A DNA stretch of 61,933 bases from Acidimicrobiales bacterium (GTDB taxonomy: Bacteria > Actinomycetota > Acidimicrobiia > Acidimicrobiales > RAAP-2), in NCBI GenBank assembly GCA_017883065.1, contig JADGOG010000001.1:1-61933 (forward strand), in the 5' to 3' direction. The position numbers and the translations under genes were made by a program. Under the pieces are notes generated by a model. It did not search any database, was not told where the DNA came from, and saw only the letters and a program-made list of their open reading frames with translations. Of this stretch, positions 34,282 through 43,518 are shown piece by piece (positions within the stretch are counted from its first letter, which is position 1; each line of letters begins with the position of its first letter).

Positions 34282-35073
34282 TCAGAGCCTGCTCGGTGCG
34301 GCGCCAGTGCCGGGTCCGGTGTCCCCCAACCTGGCGAAGCCGCGGAGCTTCCCGAAGCGGCCCAGTCGGCCCACGTTGACCCCGACGTCGGCCGCGCCCA
34401 GCATCCGCAGGTCGCCGCGGCTGTCGCCGTAGGCCCACAGGACACCCCCGCCAGCGCTGCCTCCCGCACCGCCGGCGTCGTCGATCCACTCCCGCAGGCG
34501 CCGGAGCTTCTCCTCTCCCCGGCAGTTCGCACCGTCGTAGCGACCGGTCAGCGTGCCCTGCGCATCGACGGCGAGCCGGGTGGCGATGACCTCGTCGGCA
34601 CCGAGGAACCCGCCCACCTCGCGGACGTAGAGCTCGGGCGAGGCCGAGACGATGACCACCCGGTCGCCGCGGTGACGGTGCCAGTCGAACCGGGACCGCA
34701 CGTCGCTGCGCAGGTGCCGGTCCAGGTGCTCGCGTGCGAAGCGCACCGCCACTTGTCCGACCCGCTCGGCGTCGGCGCCGGCCAGCACCCGCTCGAACAG
34801 TCGCTCCTTGGTGCGGTCGGCCACCGTTCCGCTCACGAGGGCGGCATGGGCCAACCGGGGGGAGAGGGCGACCGCGGCCGTTGCCACCGCCCGACGACCC
34901 ACCACGGCCGAGAGGAACTTGAACACGCTCCCTCCGTCGGTGAGGGTCCCGTCGAAGTCGAACGCTGCGATGTCAGGCACGGTGTTCTGACGGAGGACCG
35001 GCAGTTGGCGTGCCCAGGCTGCCACCACCGCGGCCGGCTCCGGAGGCGAAGGCGGCGGCACCGGTGCTGGCAT
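34282..35073 (-). CDS. HAD-IB family hydrolase/phosphatase (SerB-like)
   Basis: 263 aa. Motif I AAFDFDGTLT; motif IV region AYGDSRGDLRMLGAAD. The annotated start overlaps the upstream crotonase gene by about 100 nt, so the true start may be an internal GTG (e.g. near 35028 or 34998). Confidence 0.75.
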   Translation of the reverse strand: MPAPVPPPSPPEPAAVVAAWARQLPVLRQNTVPDIAAFDFDGTLTDGGSVFKFLSAVVGRRAVATAAVALSPRLAHAALVSGTVADRTKERLFERVLAGADAERVGQVAVRFAREHLDRHLRSDVRSRFDWHRHRGDRVVIVSASPELYVREVGGFLGADEVIATRLAVDAQGTLTGRYDGANCRGEEKLRRLREWIDDAGGAGGSAGGGVLWAYGDSRGDLRMLGAADVGVNVGRLGRFGKLRGFARLGDTGPGTGAAPSRL

Positions 35074-35782
35074 CCGACGATGCCAGGCTGTCCACCCCGT
35101 GGCGGTACTCGACCCGCAGGGCGTCCGAGTCGGGCAGCCCCCACTGGGCGATTGCCGACAGGCGGTCGTTGCGCATGCAGGCCTGGGGCAGCGATGCCAG
35201 GTCGTGCCCCCAGGCCACCGCCTCGGCCCGGGCGGCGCCCGGGTCGACCACCCGGCTGACCAACCCCATGGCCAGGGCCTCCTCGGCCCCCACCTCCCGT
35301 CCGGTCAGGATCAGGTCGAGCGCCCGCCCGTGGCCGATCAGACGGGGAAGTCGGACGGTCCCGCCGTCGATGAGCGGCACCCCGAACCGGCGGCAGAAGA
35401 CGCCGAAGGACGCATCGGAGGCCACCACCCGGAGGTCGCACCAGATGGCCAACTCCAGCCCCCCGGCCACCGCGTAGCCCTCCACGGCGGCGATCACCGG
35501 CTTGGAGAGAGCCAACCGGCTCGGACCCATCGGCCCCGGTCCGTCCTCGGTGACCCGGTGGCGGTCTCCTCCGGCCACCGCCTTCAGGTCGGCGCCGGCG
35601 CAGAAGGTGCCGCCCGAGCCGGTGAGCACGGCCACCGCCGACGTGTCGTCGCCGTCGAAGGCGGTGAAGGCGTCGAGCAGGGCGCTGGCGGTGGCGGGAT
35701 CGACGGCGTTGCGTCGTTCGGGACGGTCGATGGTGACCACGGTGACCGGCCCGTCATGCTCCACGAGAATGGTCGCTGCCAT
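34973..35782 (-). CDS. enoyl-CoA hydratase/isomerase (crotonase family)
   Basis: The track ORF 34973-35833 is trimmed to the ATG giving MAATILVEHDGPVTVVTIDRPERRNAVD.. VLTGSGGTFCAGADL, AAVEGYAVAGGLELAIWCDLR. Confidence 0.85.
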   Translation of the reverse strand: MAATILVEHDGPVTVVTIDRPERRNAVDPATASALLDAFTAFDGDDTSAVAVLTGSGGTFCAGADLKAVAGGDRHRVTEDGPGPMGPSRLALSKPVIAAVEGYAVAGGLELAIWCDLRVVASDASFGVFCRRFGVPLIDGGTVRLPRLIGHGRALDLILTGREVGAEEALAMGLVSRVVDPGAARAEAVAWGHDLASLPQACMRNDRLSAIAQWGLPDSDALRVEYRHGVDSLASSDASTGAAAFASGAGRGGGSLGTPTAGPPSEHRA

Positions 35783-35973
35783 GCCCACAGCATGGTGGAT
35801 CGGGGCGACGACATCCAGACGGACGCTCCACACGGGACCGTAGCCGAAATCTCGACCATGTCGGTCGACAATTGGGTCGCGGTCGACTACCCTGATCCGG
35901 CGAGTCGATCACGGCGAAGGCCCGGTGCGGCTCGCCTCATCGACTCACTGCACACAACAAGAAGGAGCATCCC

Positions 35974-36609
35974 ATGGCCATCCGACTGGGCGACGAAGCC
36001 CCGGACTTCACTGCTGAGACCACCGAAGGCACCATCAACTTCCACGAATACCTCGGGGACAGCTGGGGCGTGCTCTTCTCCCACCCCAAGGATTTCACCC
36101 CGATCTGCACCACCGAGCTCGGGGCCTTCTCGGCGGCCAAAGCCGAGTTCGACAAGCGGGACACCAAGCTGATCGGCCTGTCGGTCGACGACGTCACCTC
36201 GCACGGCAAGTGGGCCAGCGACATCGAGGAGACCCAGGGCACCGCCCTCAACTTCCCGCTCATCGGTGACGAGGATCGCAAGGTCGCCGACCTCTACGAC
36301 ATGATCCACCCGAACGCCAACGACACCCTGACGGTGCGTTCGGTGTTCATCATCGGCCCGGACAAGAAGGTCAAGCTGACCCTCACCTACCCGGCCTCCA
36401 CCGGCCGCAACGTCCAAGAGGTGCTCCGGGTGCTCGACTCGCTGCAGCTGACCGCCGACTACAAGGTGGCCACGCCGGTCAACTGGAAGGACGGCGAAGA
36501 CGTGGTGATCGTCCCCGCTGTCTCCGACGAGGAGGCCAAGGAGCGGTTCCCGAAGGGCTTCACCGCCCTCAAGCCGTACCTGCGGCTCACCCCGCAGCCC
36601 AACAAGTAG
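35974..36609 (+). CDS. 1-Cys peroxiredoxin (Prx6 subfamily)
   Basis: MAIRLGDEAPDFTAETTEGTINFHEYLGDSWGVLFSHPKDFTPICTTELG carries the peroxidatic Cys motif PKDFTPVCTTE-like segment. Length is 211 aa. Confidence 0.9.
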   Translation: MAIRLGDEAPDFTAETTEGTINFHEYLGDSWGVLFSHPKDFTPICTTELGAFSAAKAEFDKRDTKLIGLSVDDVTSHGKWASDIEETQGTALNFPLIGDEDRKVADLYDMIHPNANDTLTVRSVFIIGPDKKVKLTLTYPASTGRNVQEVLRVLDSLQLTADYKVATPVNWKDGEDVVIVPAVSDEEAKERFPKGFTALKPYLRLTPQPNK

Positions 36610-36630
36610 CCACTCCAGACGCCACGCCAC

Positions 36631-36667
36631 GCAGCCGGATACGGGCCTTCGTGCCGGATCCGGCTGC
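36631..36667 (+). terminator. inverted repeat (10-bp arms) after the peroxiredoxin gene
   Basis: GCAGCCGGAT-(17 nt)-ATCCGGCTGC lies 22 nt downstream of the stop. The long loop and lack of a U-tract make it a weak terminator call. Confidence 0.35.
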
Positions 36668-36787
36668 CGGCGGGCGATTGCCCCGGGCGGGGGATGATGG
36701 CCGCGCGCCTGCGAGGCTGCTACCATTGACGTGCTGGCGTGTTCCGTCCGTCGGCTATCACGAACTCCGTAGAGGTCACTTCCCCAC

Positions 36788-37045
36788 ATGCCAGACAAGC
36801 AGTCCACCATCGCCGACTACCGTCTCCACGAGACGGATACCGGTTCTCCCGAAGTGCAGATCGCCATTCTGAGCGAGCGCATCGTCCACCTGACCGAGCA
36901 CCTGAGGGTGCACAAAGGGGACCACCACACTCGACGAGGCCTCCTCATGCTGATCGGCCGTCGCCGTCGTCTGCTGGACTACGTCCGCAACAACGACGTC
37001 GAACGGTACCGATCCATCATCGGTCGCCTCGGCCTCCGCCGTTAG
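36788..37045 (+). CDS. rpsO: 30S ribosomal protein S15
   Basis: 85 aa. ..[52 protein letters not shown]...[12 protein letters not shown] is unmistakably S15. Confidence 0.95.
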   Translation: MPDKQSTIADYRLHETDTGSPEVQIAILSERIVHLTEHLRVHKGDHHTRRGLLMLIGRRRRLLDYVRNNDVERYRSIIGRLGLRR

Positions 37046-37061
37046 GAGGCACCCGTTCGCT

Positions 37062-37083
37062 CCGCCCGGCTTCGGCCGGGCGG
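37062..37083 (+). terminator. rpsO terminator / pnp leader hairpin
   Basis: CCGCCCGGC-TTCG-GCCGGGCGG (perfect 9-bp GC stem with a TTCG tetraloop) lies 17 nt after the rpsO stop and is followed by TCGCAATTTCT. It sits in the 265-nt rpsO-pnp spacer, where pnp leaders are processed in other bacteria. Confidence 0.6.
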
Positions 37084-37310
37084 TCGCAATTTCTCCACCG
37101 GCCAACTGCCGGGGGACCGCAGTTCGGCACGAAGCCGGTCTGTAGCAGCAAGGGTCAACCGGCCTCATCCTGAGGCGGCGGACCGGACACACACCATCAA
37201 ACTGGGCTCCCACCGAGGTCAGTCACCAGTTGCCGATCACTCCGCCGAGGCGTGGCGTGGTCGACAACTGGGAACTGGCTCGGGGAGTCCCCGAGCAATC
37301 AAGGAGCGTC

Positions 37311-39773
37311 ATGTCAGACGCCATTTCCGTTTCGACGCCCATCAGCGGCACCGACCGCACACTCACCTTCGAGACCGGCAAGCTGGCCCAGTTGGCCGAC
37401 GGCGCCGTCGTGGCCAGGATCGGTGACACCGTGCTTCTGGCCACGGCCACCGCATCTCGGTCCGTACGGGAAGGGGCGGACTTCTTCCCGCTGACCGTGG
37501 ACATCGAGGAGCGCACCTACGCCGCAGGGAAGATCCCCGGATCCTTCTTCCGCCGGGAGGGCAAGTCGTCGGACCAGGCCATCTTGACCTGTCGACTGAT
37601 CGACCGGCCCCTTCGTCCCTCCTTCCCCAAGGGCTTCCGCAACGAAGTGCACATCGTGGGCACCATCTTCGGTGCCGACCAGGTCAACCCACACGACGTC
37701 CTGGCCATCAACGCCGCCTCAGCTGCGCTGATGATCTCGGGCATCCCCTTCGAGGGCCCGATCGGCGCCGTCCGCGTCGCCTACTCGACCGACGGCCAGT
37801 GGATCCCGCACCCCAGCTTCGAAGAGGGCGACGACTCCACGTTCGAGCTGGTCGTGGCCGGCCGTGCCCTGAGCGACGCCGACGATGCCGACATCGCCAT
37901 CATGATGGTCGAGGCCGGTGGGTCCGAGCGCTCGTTCCAGTACTACGACGAGGGCGCACCCCAGGTCACCGAAGAGGTGCTGGCCGACGGCCTCGAGGCG
38001 GCCAAGACGTGGATCCGCGAGTCGATCGTGCTCCAGCGCCAGATGGTCGAGGCATACGTCGCTGCACGTGGCCCGGTCGAGATCATCGACTACTCGACGT
38101 TCTCCGACTACGAGGACGACGTGTTCGAGAGGGTCCAGGCCGTGGGTTCGGACGCGGTGGCTTCGGCCAACGCCATCGTGGCCAAGGCCGATCGCAACGC
38201 CGCCATCGCCGATGCCACCGCCACCATCATCTCGACACTGGCCGACGAGTTCCCCGAGCGTGGTGGTGAGATCAAGGCCGCCGTGCGGGGCCTGACCAAG
38301 AAGCTGGTCCGCAAGCGCATCGTGGAGGAGGGTCTCCGCATCGACGGGCGCACCACCACCGACATCCGGCCGCTCTCCGCCGAGGTCGACCTGTTCCCGA
38401 CGGCGCACGGATCGGCGCTCTTCCAGCGGGGCGAGACCCAGGTGCTCAACGTGACCACCCTGGGCATGCCCCGGATGAACCAGCTGCTCGACACCATCAC
38501 CCCCGACGACCACAAGCGCTACATGCACCACTACAACTTCCCGCCCTTCTCCACCGGCGAGACCGGGTTCATGCGCGGACCCAAGCGCCGGGAGATCGGG
38601 CACGGCCTGCTGGCCGAGCGGGCCCTGTTGCCGGTGGTCCCCTACGAGGAGGACTTCCCCTACACCCTCCGCCTGGTCTCCGACGTCCTGGCCTCCAACG
38701 GCTCGACCTCGATGGCCTCGGTGTGCGGCTCGACCCTGTCGATGATGGCGGCCGGCGTGCCGCTGAAGGCACCGGTGGCCGGTATCGCCATGGGCCTGGT
38801 CTACGACGGTGGCACCTACGTGACGCTCACCGACATCCTCGGCGCCGAGGACGCCTTCGGCGACATGGACTTCAAGGTGGCCGGGACCAAGGACGTGGTG
38901 ACCGCCCTCCAGTTGGACACCAAGATCGACGGCCTTCCCCTGGACGTGCTGACCAAGGCGCTCCTGCAGGCCAAGGATGCCCGTCTGGCCATCCTCGACG
39001 TGATGGCCGGCGCCATCGCCGAGCCTCGTGGTGAAGTCGCCGAGTCGGCACCGAAGATCATCTCCTTCGAGATCCCGATGGACAAGATCGGTGAGGTGAT
39101 CGGGCCCAAGGGCAAGGTGATCAACGCCCTTCAGCAGGAGACCGGCGCCGACATCGCCGTCGATGACGATGGCATGGTGGGAACGGTCACCATCGGGGCC
39201 AAGGACGGCACCGCGGTCGAAGAGGCCCGCCGTCGGATCTCCACCATCCTCGACCCGCCGCTGGCCGAGGTGGGGGCCACCTACCCGGGCAAGGTGGTGA
39301 ACATCACCAAGTTCGGTGCGTTCGTCAACATCCTCCCGGGCAGGGACGGCCTGCTGCACATCTCGAAGATCGGCCAGGGCAAGCGGGTCGAGCGTGTGGA
39401 GGACGTGCTCGAGCTCGGCCAGCCGGTCGAGGTGAAGGTGGACGACATCGATCCCCAGGGCAAAGTCTCCCTCTCCCTGGCCGGCGAGGCTCCTGCCGCA
39501 TCCGGGCCCAGCCGCGAGGGCGGCGGTCGCGGTGACCGCGGAGGCAGCAGCCGCCCGCCTCGTGGCGACCACGCCGATCCGGGTGACGCCCCGGACCGCA
39601 CCCGGCGCCAGACGGAGACGGTGAGCGCCCCCACAGGTGCAGCGTCGTTCGAAGAGGCCTTCGAGGTCGAACTGGTCCAGGAGTTCGGTGACCTGGGTCC
39701 CGCAGCCGCGGAGTCGTCCGATCGCCCCAGCGGGGGAGGCGGGGGCGGCCGTGGTGGTCGCCGACGCCGTTGA
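37311..39773 (+). CDS. pnp: polyribonucleotide nucleotidyltransferase (PNPase) with Arg/Gly-rich C-terminal extension
   Basis: The track ORF 37230-39773 is trimmed to the ATG at 37311 (AAGGAG 7 nt upstream). FETGKLAQLADGAVV, FPLTVDIEERTYAAGKIPGSFFRREG, GSTSMASVCGSTLSMMAAGVP, a KH region (IGEVIGPKGKVINA) and an S1 region (GKVVNITKFGAFVNILPGRDGLLHISK) are present. About 95 low-complexity residues follow, ending GGGGGGRGGRRRR. Confidence 0.95.
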   Translation: MSDAISVSTPISGTDRTLTFETGKLAQLADGAVVARIGDTVLLATATASRSVREGADFFPLTVDIEERTYAAGKIPGSFFRREGKSSDQAILTCRLIDRPLRPSFPKGFRNEVHIVGTIFGADQVNPHDVLAINAASAALMISGIPFEGPIGAVRVAYSTDGQWIPHPSFEEGDDSTFELVVAGRALSDADDADIAIMMVEAGGSERSFQYYDEGAPQVTEEVLADGLEAAKTWIRESIVLQRQMVEAYVAARGPVEIIDYSTFSDYEDDVFERVQAVGSDAVASANAIVAKADRNAAIADATATIISTLADEFPERGGEIKAAVRGLTKKLVRKRIVEEGLRIDGRTTTDIRPLSAEVDLFPTAHGSALFQRGETQVLNVTTLGMPRMNQLLDTITPDDHKRYMHHYNFPPFSTGETGFMRGPKRREIGHGLLAERALLPVVPYEEDFPYTLRLVSDVLASNGSTSMASVCGSTLSMMAAGVPLKAPVAGIAMGLVYDGGTYVTLTDILGAEDAFGDMDFKVAGTKDVVTALQLDTKIDGLPLDVLTKALLQAKDARLAILDVMAGAIAEPRGEVAESAPKIISFEIPMDKIGEVIGPKGKVINALQQETGADIAVDDDGMVGTVTIGAKDGTAVEEARRRISTILDPPLAEVGATYPGKVVNITKFGAFVNILPGRDGLLHISKIGQGKRVERVEDVLELGQPVEVKVDDIDPQGKVSLSLAGEAPAASGPSREGGGRGDRGGSSRPPRGDHADPGDAPDRTRRQTETVSAPTGAASFEEAFEVELVQEFGDLGPAAAESSDRPSGGGGGGRGGRRRR

Positions 39774-39860
39774 GCACGCACCGTGCCCGGGTGGTCGTCC
39801 TTCGGGGGGCCACCCGGCGCCACGGGCACCGATGACCGAGCTGAGCACGGGCGTCCAGGG

Positions 39861-41117
39861 ATGATCCGGACCCAGACCCTTCCCTCCGGCCTCTCCCTGG
39901 CCACCGAGCGGATGGAGGAGGCCCGATCGGTCTGTATCGGATTCTGGGTGGGCACCGGCTCGCGCGACGAGGACCTCATCCGGTCCGGGGCGTCGCACTT
40001 CCTCGAGCATCTGCTGTTCAAGGGCACCGACGACCGCTCCCCGTCGGCCATCGCCGAGGCGGTGGACGAGGTGGGTGGCGACTTCAACGCCTTCACCACC
40101 AAGGAGTACACGTCGTTCTACATCCGGCTGTTGGCCGAGCATGTGACCCTGGGACTCGACATCCTCTCGGACATCATGTGGCGGCCGGCTCTGCGCCCTT
40201 CGGACCTCGAGGCCGAACGCCAGGTGATCCTCGACGAGATCCTGATGCACGCCGACGAGCCGTCCGACGAGGCGGCCGAGCAGAGCTCCGCCCTCCTGTT
40301 CCCCGGCCACACCCTGGGTCGCGAGGTGCTGGGCAGCCAGAAGTCCGTCACGGCCATGACCGCGGAGCGGATCCGGGAGTTCTTCGCCCTCCACTACCGC
40401 CCGGGAAACATGGTTGTGGCAGTGGCCGGCGACTTCGACCATGACGAGGTGGCCGACGGCGTCGAGGCGCGATTCACCGGTCAGACGGGTGGCGCCGTGC
40501 CGGACCGCAAGGCTCCGGGCGACGCGGTGGAGCCGCTCCGGGTGATCCGCCGGAGCACCGAGCAGGCCCACCTGGTGCTGGCCATGCGGTCGGTCGACCG
40601 GTTCGACCACCAACGGTACGCCTTGGCCGTGCTCAATCACGTCCTGGGCGGGGGACTCTCCAGCCGGCTGTTCCAGGAGATCCGCGAGCGCCGCGGACTT
40701 GCCTACTCGGTATGGTCGGAGCGGGTGGCCTACCACGACGCCGGATCGATCAGCGTGGGGATGGGAACGGCACCCGAACACGTGGCCGAGGTGCTGGACA
40801 TCGTCTGCTCCGAGTTGGACCTCCTCGGACGGGAGGGGATCACCGAGCGGGAGCTGGCCATCGCCAAGGGCAACCTGCGGGCCGAGACCCTCCTGGCCTG
40901 CGAGGACTCGGGAGCGCGGATGAGTCGGATCGGGGCCGGCCTCCTGCTGCACGGCGAGATCCTCACGGTCGACGAGGTGCTGGCCCGGGTCGAGGCGGTG
41001 ACCCTCGAGGAGGTCCGGACCGCCGCCGCCGAGCTGCTGGCGTCACCGCGGACCCTGTCGGTGGTCGGCCCGTTCGACGAGTCCGACTTCGACATCCACG
41101 CCCTCGGCCTCGGCTGA
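39861..41117 (+). CDS. M16 family zinc peptidase (PepR/insulinase-like)
   Basis: The track ORF 39783-41117 is trimmed to the ATG at 39861 (MIRTQTLPSGL..). Inverted zinc motif HFLEHLLFKGT. It occupies the conserved position immediately after pnp. Confidence 0.9.
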   Translation: MIRTQTLPSGLSLATERMEEARSVCIGFWVGTGSRDEDLIRSGASHFLEHLLFKGTDDRSPSAIAEAVDEVGGDFNAFTTKEYTSFYIRLLAEHVTLGLDILSDIMWRPALRPSDLEAERQVILDEILMHADEPSDEAAEQSSALLFPGHTLGREVLGSQKSVTAMTAERIREFFALHYRPGNMVVAVAGDFDHDEVADGVEARFTGQTGGAVPDRKAPGDAVEPLRVIRRSTEQAHLVLAMRSVDRFDHQRYALAVLNHVLGGGLSSRLFQEIRERRGLAYSVWSERVAYHDAGSISVGMGTAPEHVAEVLDIVCSELDLLGREGITERELAIAKGNLRAETLLACEDSGARMSRIGAGLLLHGEILTVDEVLARVEAVTLEEVRTAAAELLASPRTLSVVGPFDESDFDIHALGLG

Positions 41118-41219
41118 TCGCCGGCCCGGGCAGGTCGTCCCGGGAGCGAGGGACCCCGAGGCGCGGGCGGCGGCGACCAGTGACGGGTCGGCCCGGCGGG
41201 CGCCAGTAGGGTGGCCGCC

Positions 41220-42035
41220 ATGCGAGTCGGGGTGGTGGGAGCAGCGGGCAAGATGGGCATCGAAGTGTGCCGGGCCGTGGCCGGCCGGCCCGATCTCGAT
41301 CTGGTCGCAGCCGTCGACGCGCTCCACACCGGGCGTGCCCTGACCGAGGTGGCCGGCACCACTGTGCCCGATCTGACCGTCTCCGACCGGCTCGACGTGC
41401 TCACCGACACCGCCACCGAGGTGGTGGTCGACTTCACGCGGGTGGACGCCGCTCGGGAGACGCTGGCGTTCTGTGCCGCTTCCGGCATCCACACCGTGGT
41501 GGGCACCACCGGGTTCTCCCAGAGCGACCTCGAGGTGCTGGCCGAGGGCTTCGCCGGTCCGGATGCCGGTCGTCCCAACTGCATCGTGGCCGCCAACTTC
41601 GCCATCGGGGCGGTGCTGATGATGCGCTTCGCCGAGCTGGCTGCGCCCTGGTTCGAGGGCGCCGAGATCGTGGAACTGCATCACCAGGAGAAGCTCGACG
41701 CCCCGTCGGGGACCTCCATGGCCACCGCCGAGCGCATGGCCATGGCCCGCCAGACCTCGGGAGCCGGCGACTTCCCCGCAGACCGCACGGCCACCACCGT
41801 GGTGGACGCGGCGCGTGGGGGAGCGGGACCCGGAGGGGTCCGGCTCCATTCGATCCGGCTTCCCGGCCTGGTCGCTCACCAAGAGGTCATCCTCGGAGCA
41901 GTCGGTCAGAGCCTGACCATCCGCCACGACTCGTCGGACCGGGTGTCGTTCATGGACGGCGTGGTCTTGGCCGTCCGGTCGGTCCCCGATCGGCCCGGGC
42001 TCACCATCGGACTCGAGTCCTTGTTGGGCCTCTGA
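41220..42035 (+). CDS. dapB: 4-hydroxy-tetrahydrodipicolinate reductase
   Basis: MRVGVVGAAGKMGIEVCRAV (NAD(P)-binding GxxGxxG), ..ELHHQEKLDAPSGTSMATAE.. (the E.HH..K.DAPSGTA DapB signature). Confidence 0.9.
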   Translation: MRVGVVGAAGKMGIEVCRAVAGRPDLDLVAAVDALHTGRALTEVAGTTVPDLTVSDRLDVLTDTATEVVVDFTRVDAARETLAFCAASGIHTVVGTTGFSQSDLEVLAEGFAGPDAGRPNCIVAANFAIGAVLMMRFAELAAPWFEGAEIVELHHQEKLDAPSGTSMATAERMAMARQTSGAGDFPADRTATTVVDAARGGAGPGGVRLHSIRLPGLVAHQEVILGAVGQSLTIRHDSSDRVSFMDGVVLAVRSVPDRPGLTIGLESLLGL

Positions 42036-42051
42036 GGGTCCGAACCGGCGG

Positions 42052-42639
42052 ATGGACGACACTCGCCAGCGGATCCTCGAGGCCACCTACGCCTGTGTCG
42101 CCCGATGGGGTCTGGCCAAGACCACCGTCGAGGATGCCGCACGCGAGGCGAAGGTCTCCCGGGCCACCGTCTATCGCGCCTTCCCCGGGGGACGCGACGA
42201 ACTGATCACCGCGGTCGTGGCCTGGGCCACCCTGGTGTTCTTCGCCAAGCTCCGCGAGCAGGTGGAGGGCGCCACCAGCCTCGAAGAGGTGATGGAGCGG
42301 GGGCTCACCTTCGCCCACCGGTCGATCGTCGAACACGAGGTCCTCCAGCGGGTGATGCAGACCGAGCCGGAGAAACTGCTCCCCGCCCTGACGTTCGAGA
42401 GCACCCGGATCCGACAGGGAATCGCCGGGTTCCTCTCCCCCTACCTGGAGCAGCGGGGATTGGCCGACGGGGTGGACCTCGCCGAGGCTGCTGACTTCCT
42501 GGCTCGCATGGTGCTCTCCTACATCGCCGCCCCCGGTCGCTGGGACCTCGACGACCCCGTCCAGGTGGCCCAACTGGTGCGGGCTGAACTGCTGGCCGGC
42601 GTGGTCACCGCCCGCCCCGGCGAGGTGGACCCGAGCTGA
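42052..42639 (+). CDS. TetR family transcriptional regulator
   Basis: The N-terminal HTH TVEDAAREAKVSRATVYRAFPGGRDELI is followed by a helical ligand-binding domain. 195 aa. Confidence 0.85.
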   Translation: MDDTRQRILEATYACVARWGLAKTTVEDAAREAKVSRATVYRAFPGGRDELITAVVAWATLVFFAKLREQVEGATSLEEVMERGLTFAHRSIVEHEVLQRVMQTEPEKLLPALTFESTRIRQGIAGFLSPYLEQRGLADGVDLAEAADFLARMVLSYIAAPGRWDLDDPVQVAQLVRAELLAGVVTARPGEVDPS

Positions 42640-42696
42640 CCTGGGATCGGATCCGCGCGTTGACAATGAGACAAATCACGACCTAGCGTTCCAAGT

Positions 42697-43458
42697 GTGC
42701 CAATCCAGGGGGCCGCACTTCGTGTGGTGGATGACGAGAATGCCGCGGCCGCCGGAGACGCCGGTCCCGACGCCGCCTCGTCCGTCGCCCCGGTCACCGG
42801 CCGGCGCTCGGCCTCTCCCTACCGGGAGAGGATCATCGATGCGACCCTCGCCTGCCTGGCCCGGCACGGCACCCTCAAGACAACGGTGGACGACATCGCC
42901 CGGGGGGCGGGAGTGTCGCGGGCCACCGTCTATCGGGTGTTCCCCGGCGGTCGCGACGAGATCCTCGGTGCGGTGGTCGACACCGAGATGGCCCGGCTCT
43001 TCTCCGCCCTCGGGGTGAAGCTGGGTGAAGCCGACGATCTGGAAGATGCCCTGGTCAGCGGCATCGTAGAGGCGTCGAGCCGCCTTCGTAACCACCAGGC
43101 GCTGGCCTATCTGGTCGAGCACGAGCCCGAGATGGTCCTCGGCCACCTCGCCTTCGACGAGTCCGACCGGTTGCTGGGAGCTGCCTCGCGCTTCACCGCA
43201 CCGTTCCTGGCCCGGTGGATGAGCCCGATGGAGGCCGGCCGGGTGGCGGAGTGGGCCACGCGCATCGTCCTTTCCTTTGCGGTGTCGCCGTCGGCGGAGA
43301 CCGACCTGACCGACCCGGTCACCACCGCCCACCTGGTCGAGACCTTCGTCCTGCCGGGGATCGCGGCCCTCCACACGGCGGTGGCCGCGCCGTCCATCGA
43401 CATCACGCCATTCGCCGATCGATCCTCCGGCACCGAACGACTCTCTGACACCGACTGA
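42697..43458 (+). CDS. TetR family transcriptional regulator
   Basis: The HTH TVDDIARGAGVSRATVYRVFPGGRDEIL is almost identical to that of the preceding gene. The start is uncertain (the N-terminal ~40 aa are low complexity). Confidence 0.8.
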   Translation: MPIQGAALRVVDDENAAAAGDAGPDAASSVAPVTGRRSASPYRERIIDATLACLARHGTLKTTVDDIARGAGVSRATVYRVFPGGRDEILGAVVDTEMARLFSALGVKLGEADDLEDALVSGIVEASSRLRNHQALAYLVEHEPEMVLGHLAFDESDRLLGAASRFTAPFLARWMSPMEAGRVAEWATRIVLSFAVSPSAETDLTDPVTTAHLVETFVLPGIAALHTAVAAPSIDITPFADRSSGTERLSDTD

Positions 43459-43518
43459 CCGCCGCCCCGACCCATCTCATCGACCGCCCCACTTTGACTA
43501 CGCCAAGGGAGACACCAC

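Noticed and set aside
34973-35073. A ~100-nt overlap between the crotonase 3' end and the HAD phosphatase 5' end, as possible programmed overlap.
   Set aside because: This is more likely a start-codon miscall. In-frame GTG codons downstream would shorten the HAD N-terminus, which is Pro/Ala-rich and unconserved-looking before the DFDGT motif.
36726-36765. A TTGACG hexamer upstream of rpsO as a -35 box.
   Set aside because: The nearest -10-like hexamer (TATCAC) is ~24 nt away, too far for a canonical sigma-70-type promoter. It is not reported as a feature.
37719-40952. A 1077-aa ORF on the minus strand, the longest in the window.
   Set aside because: It lies antisense to pnp and the M16 peptidase, which have unmistakable motifs. 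Its translation is Arg/Gly/Pro/His-rich low-complexity sequence typical of off-frame ORFs in very GC-rich DNA.
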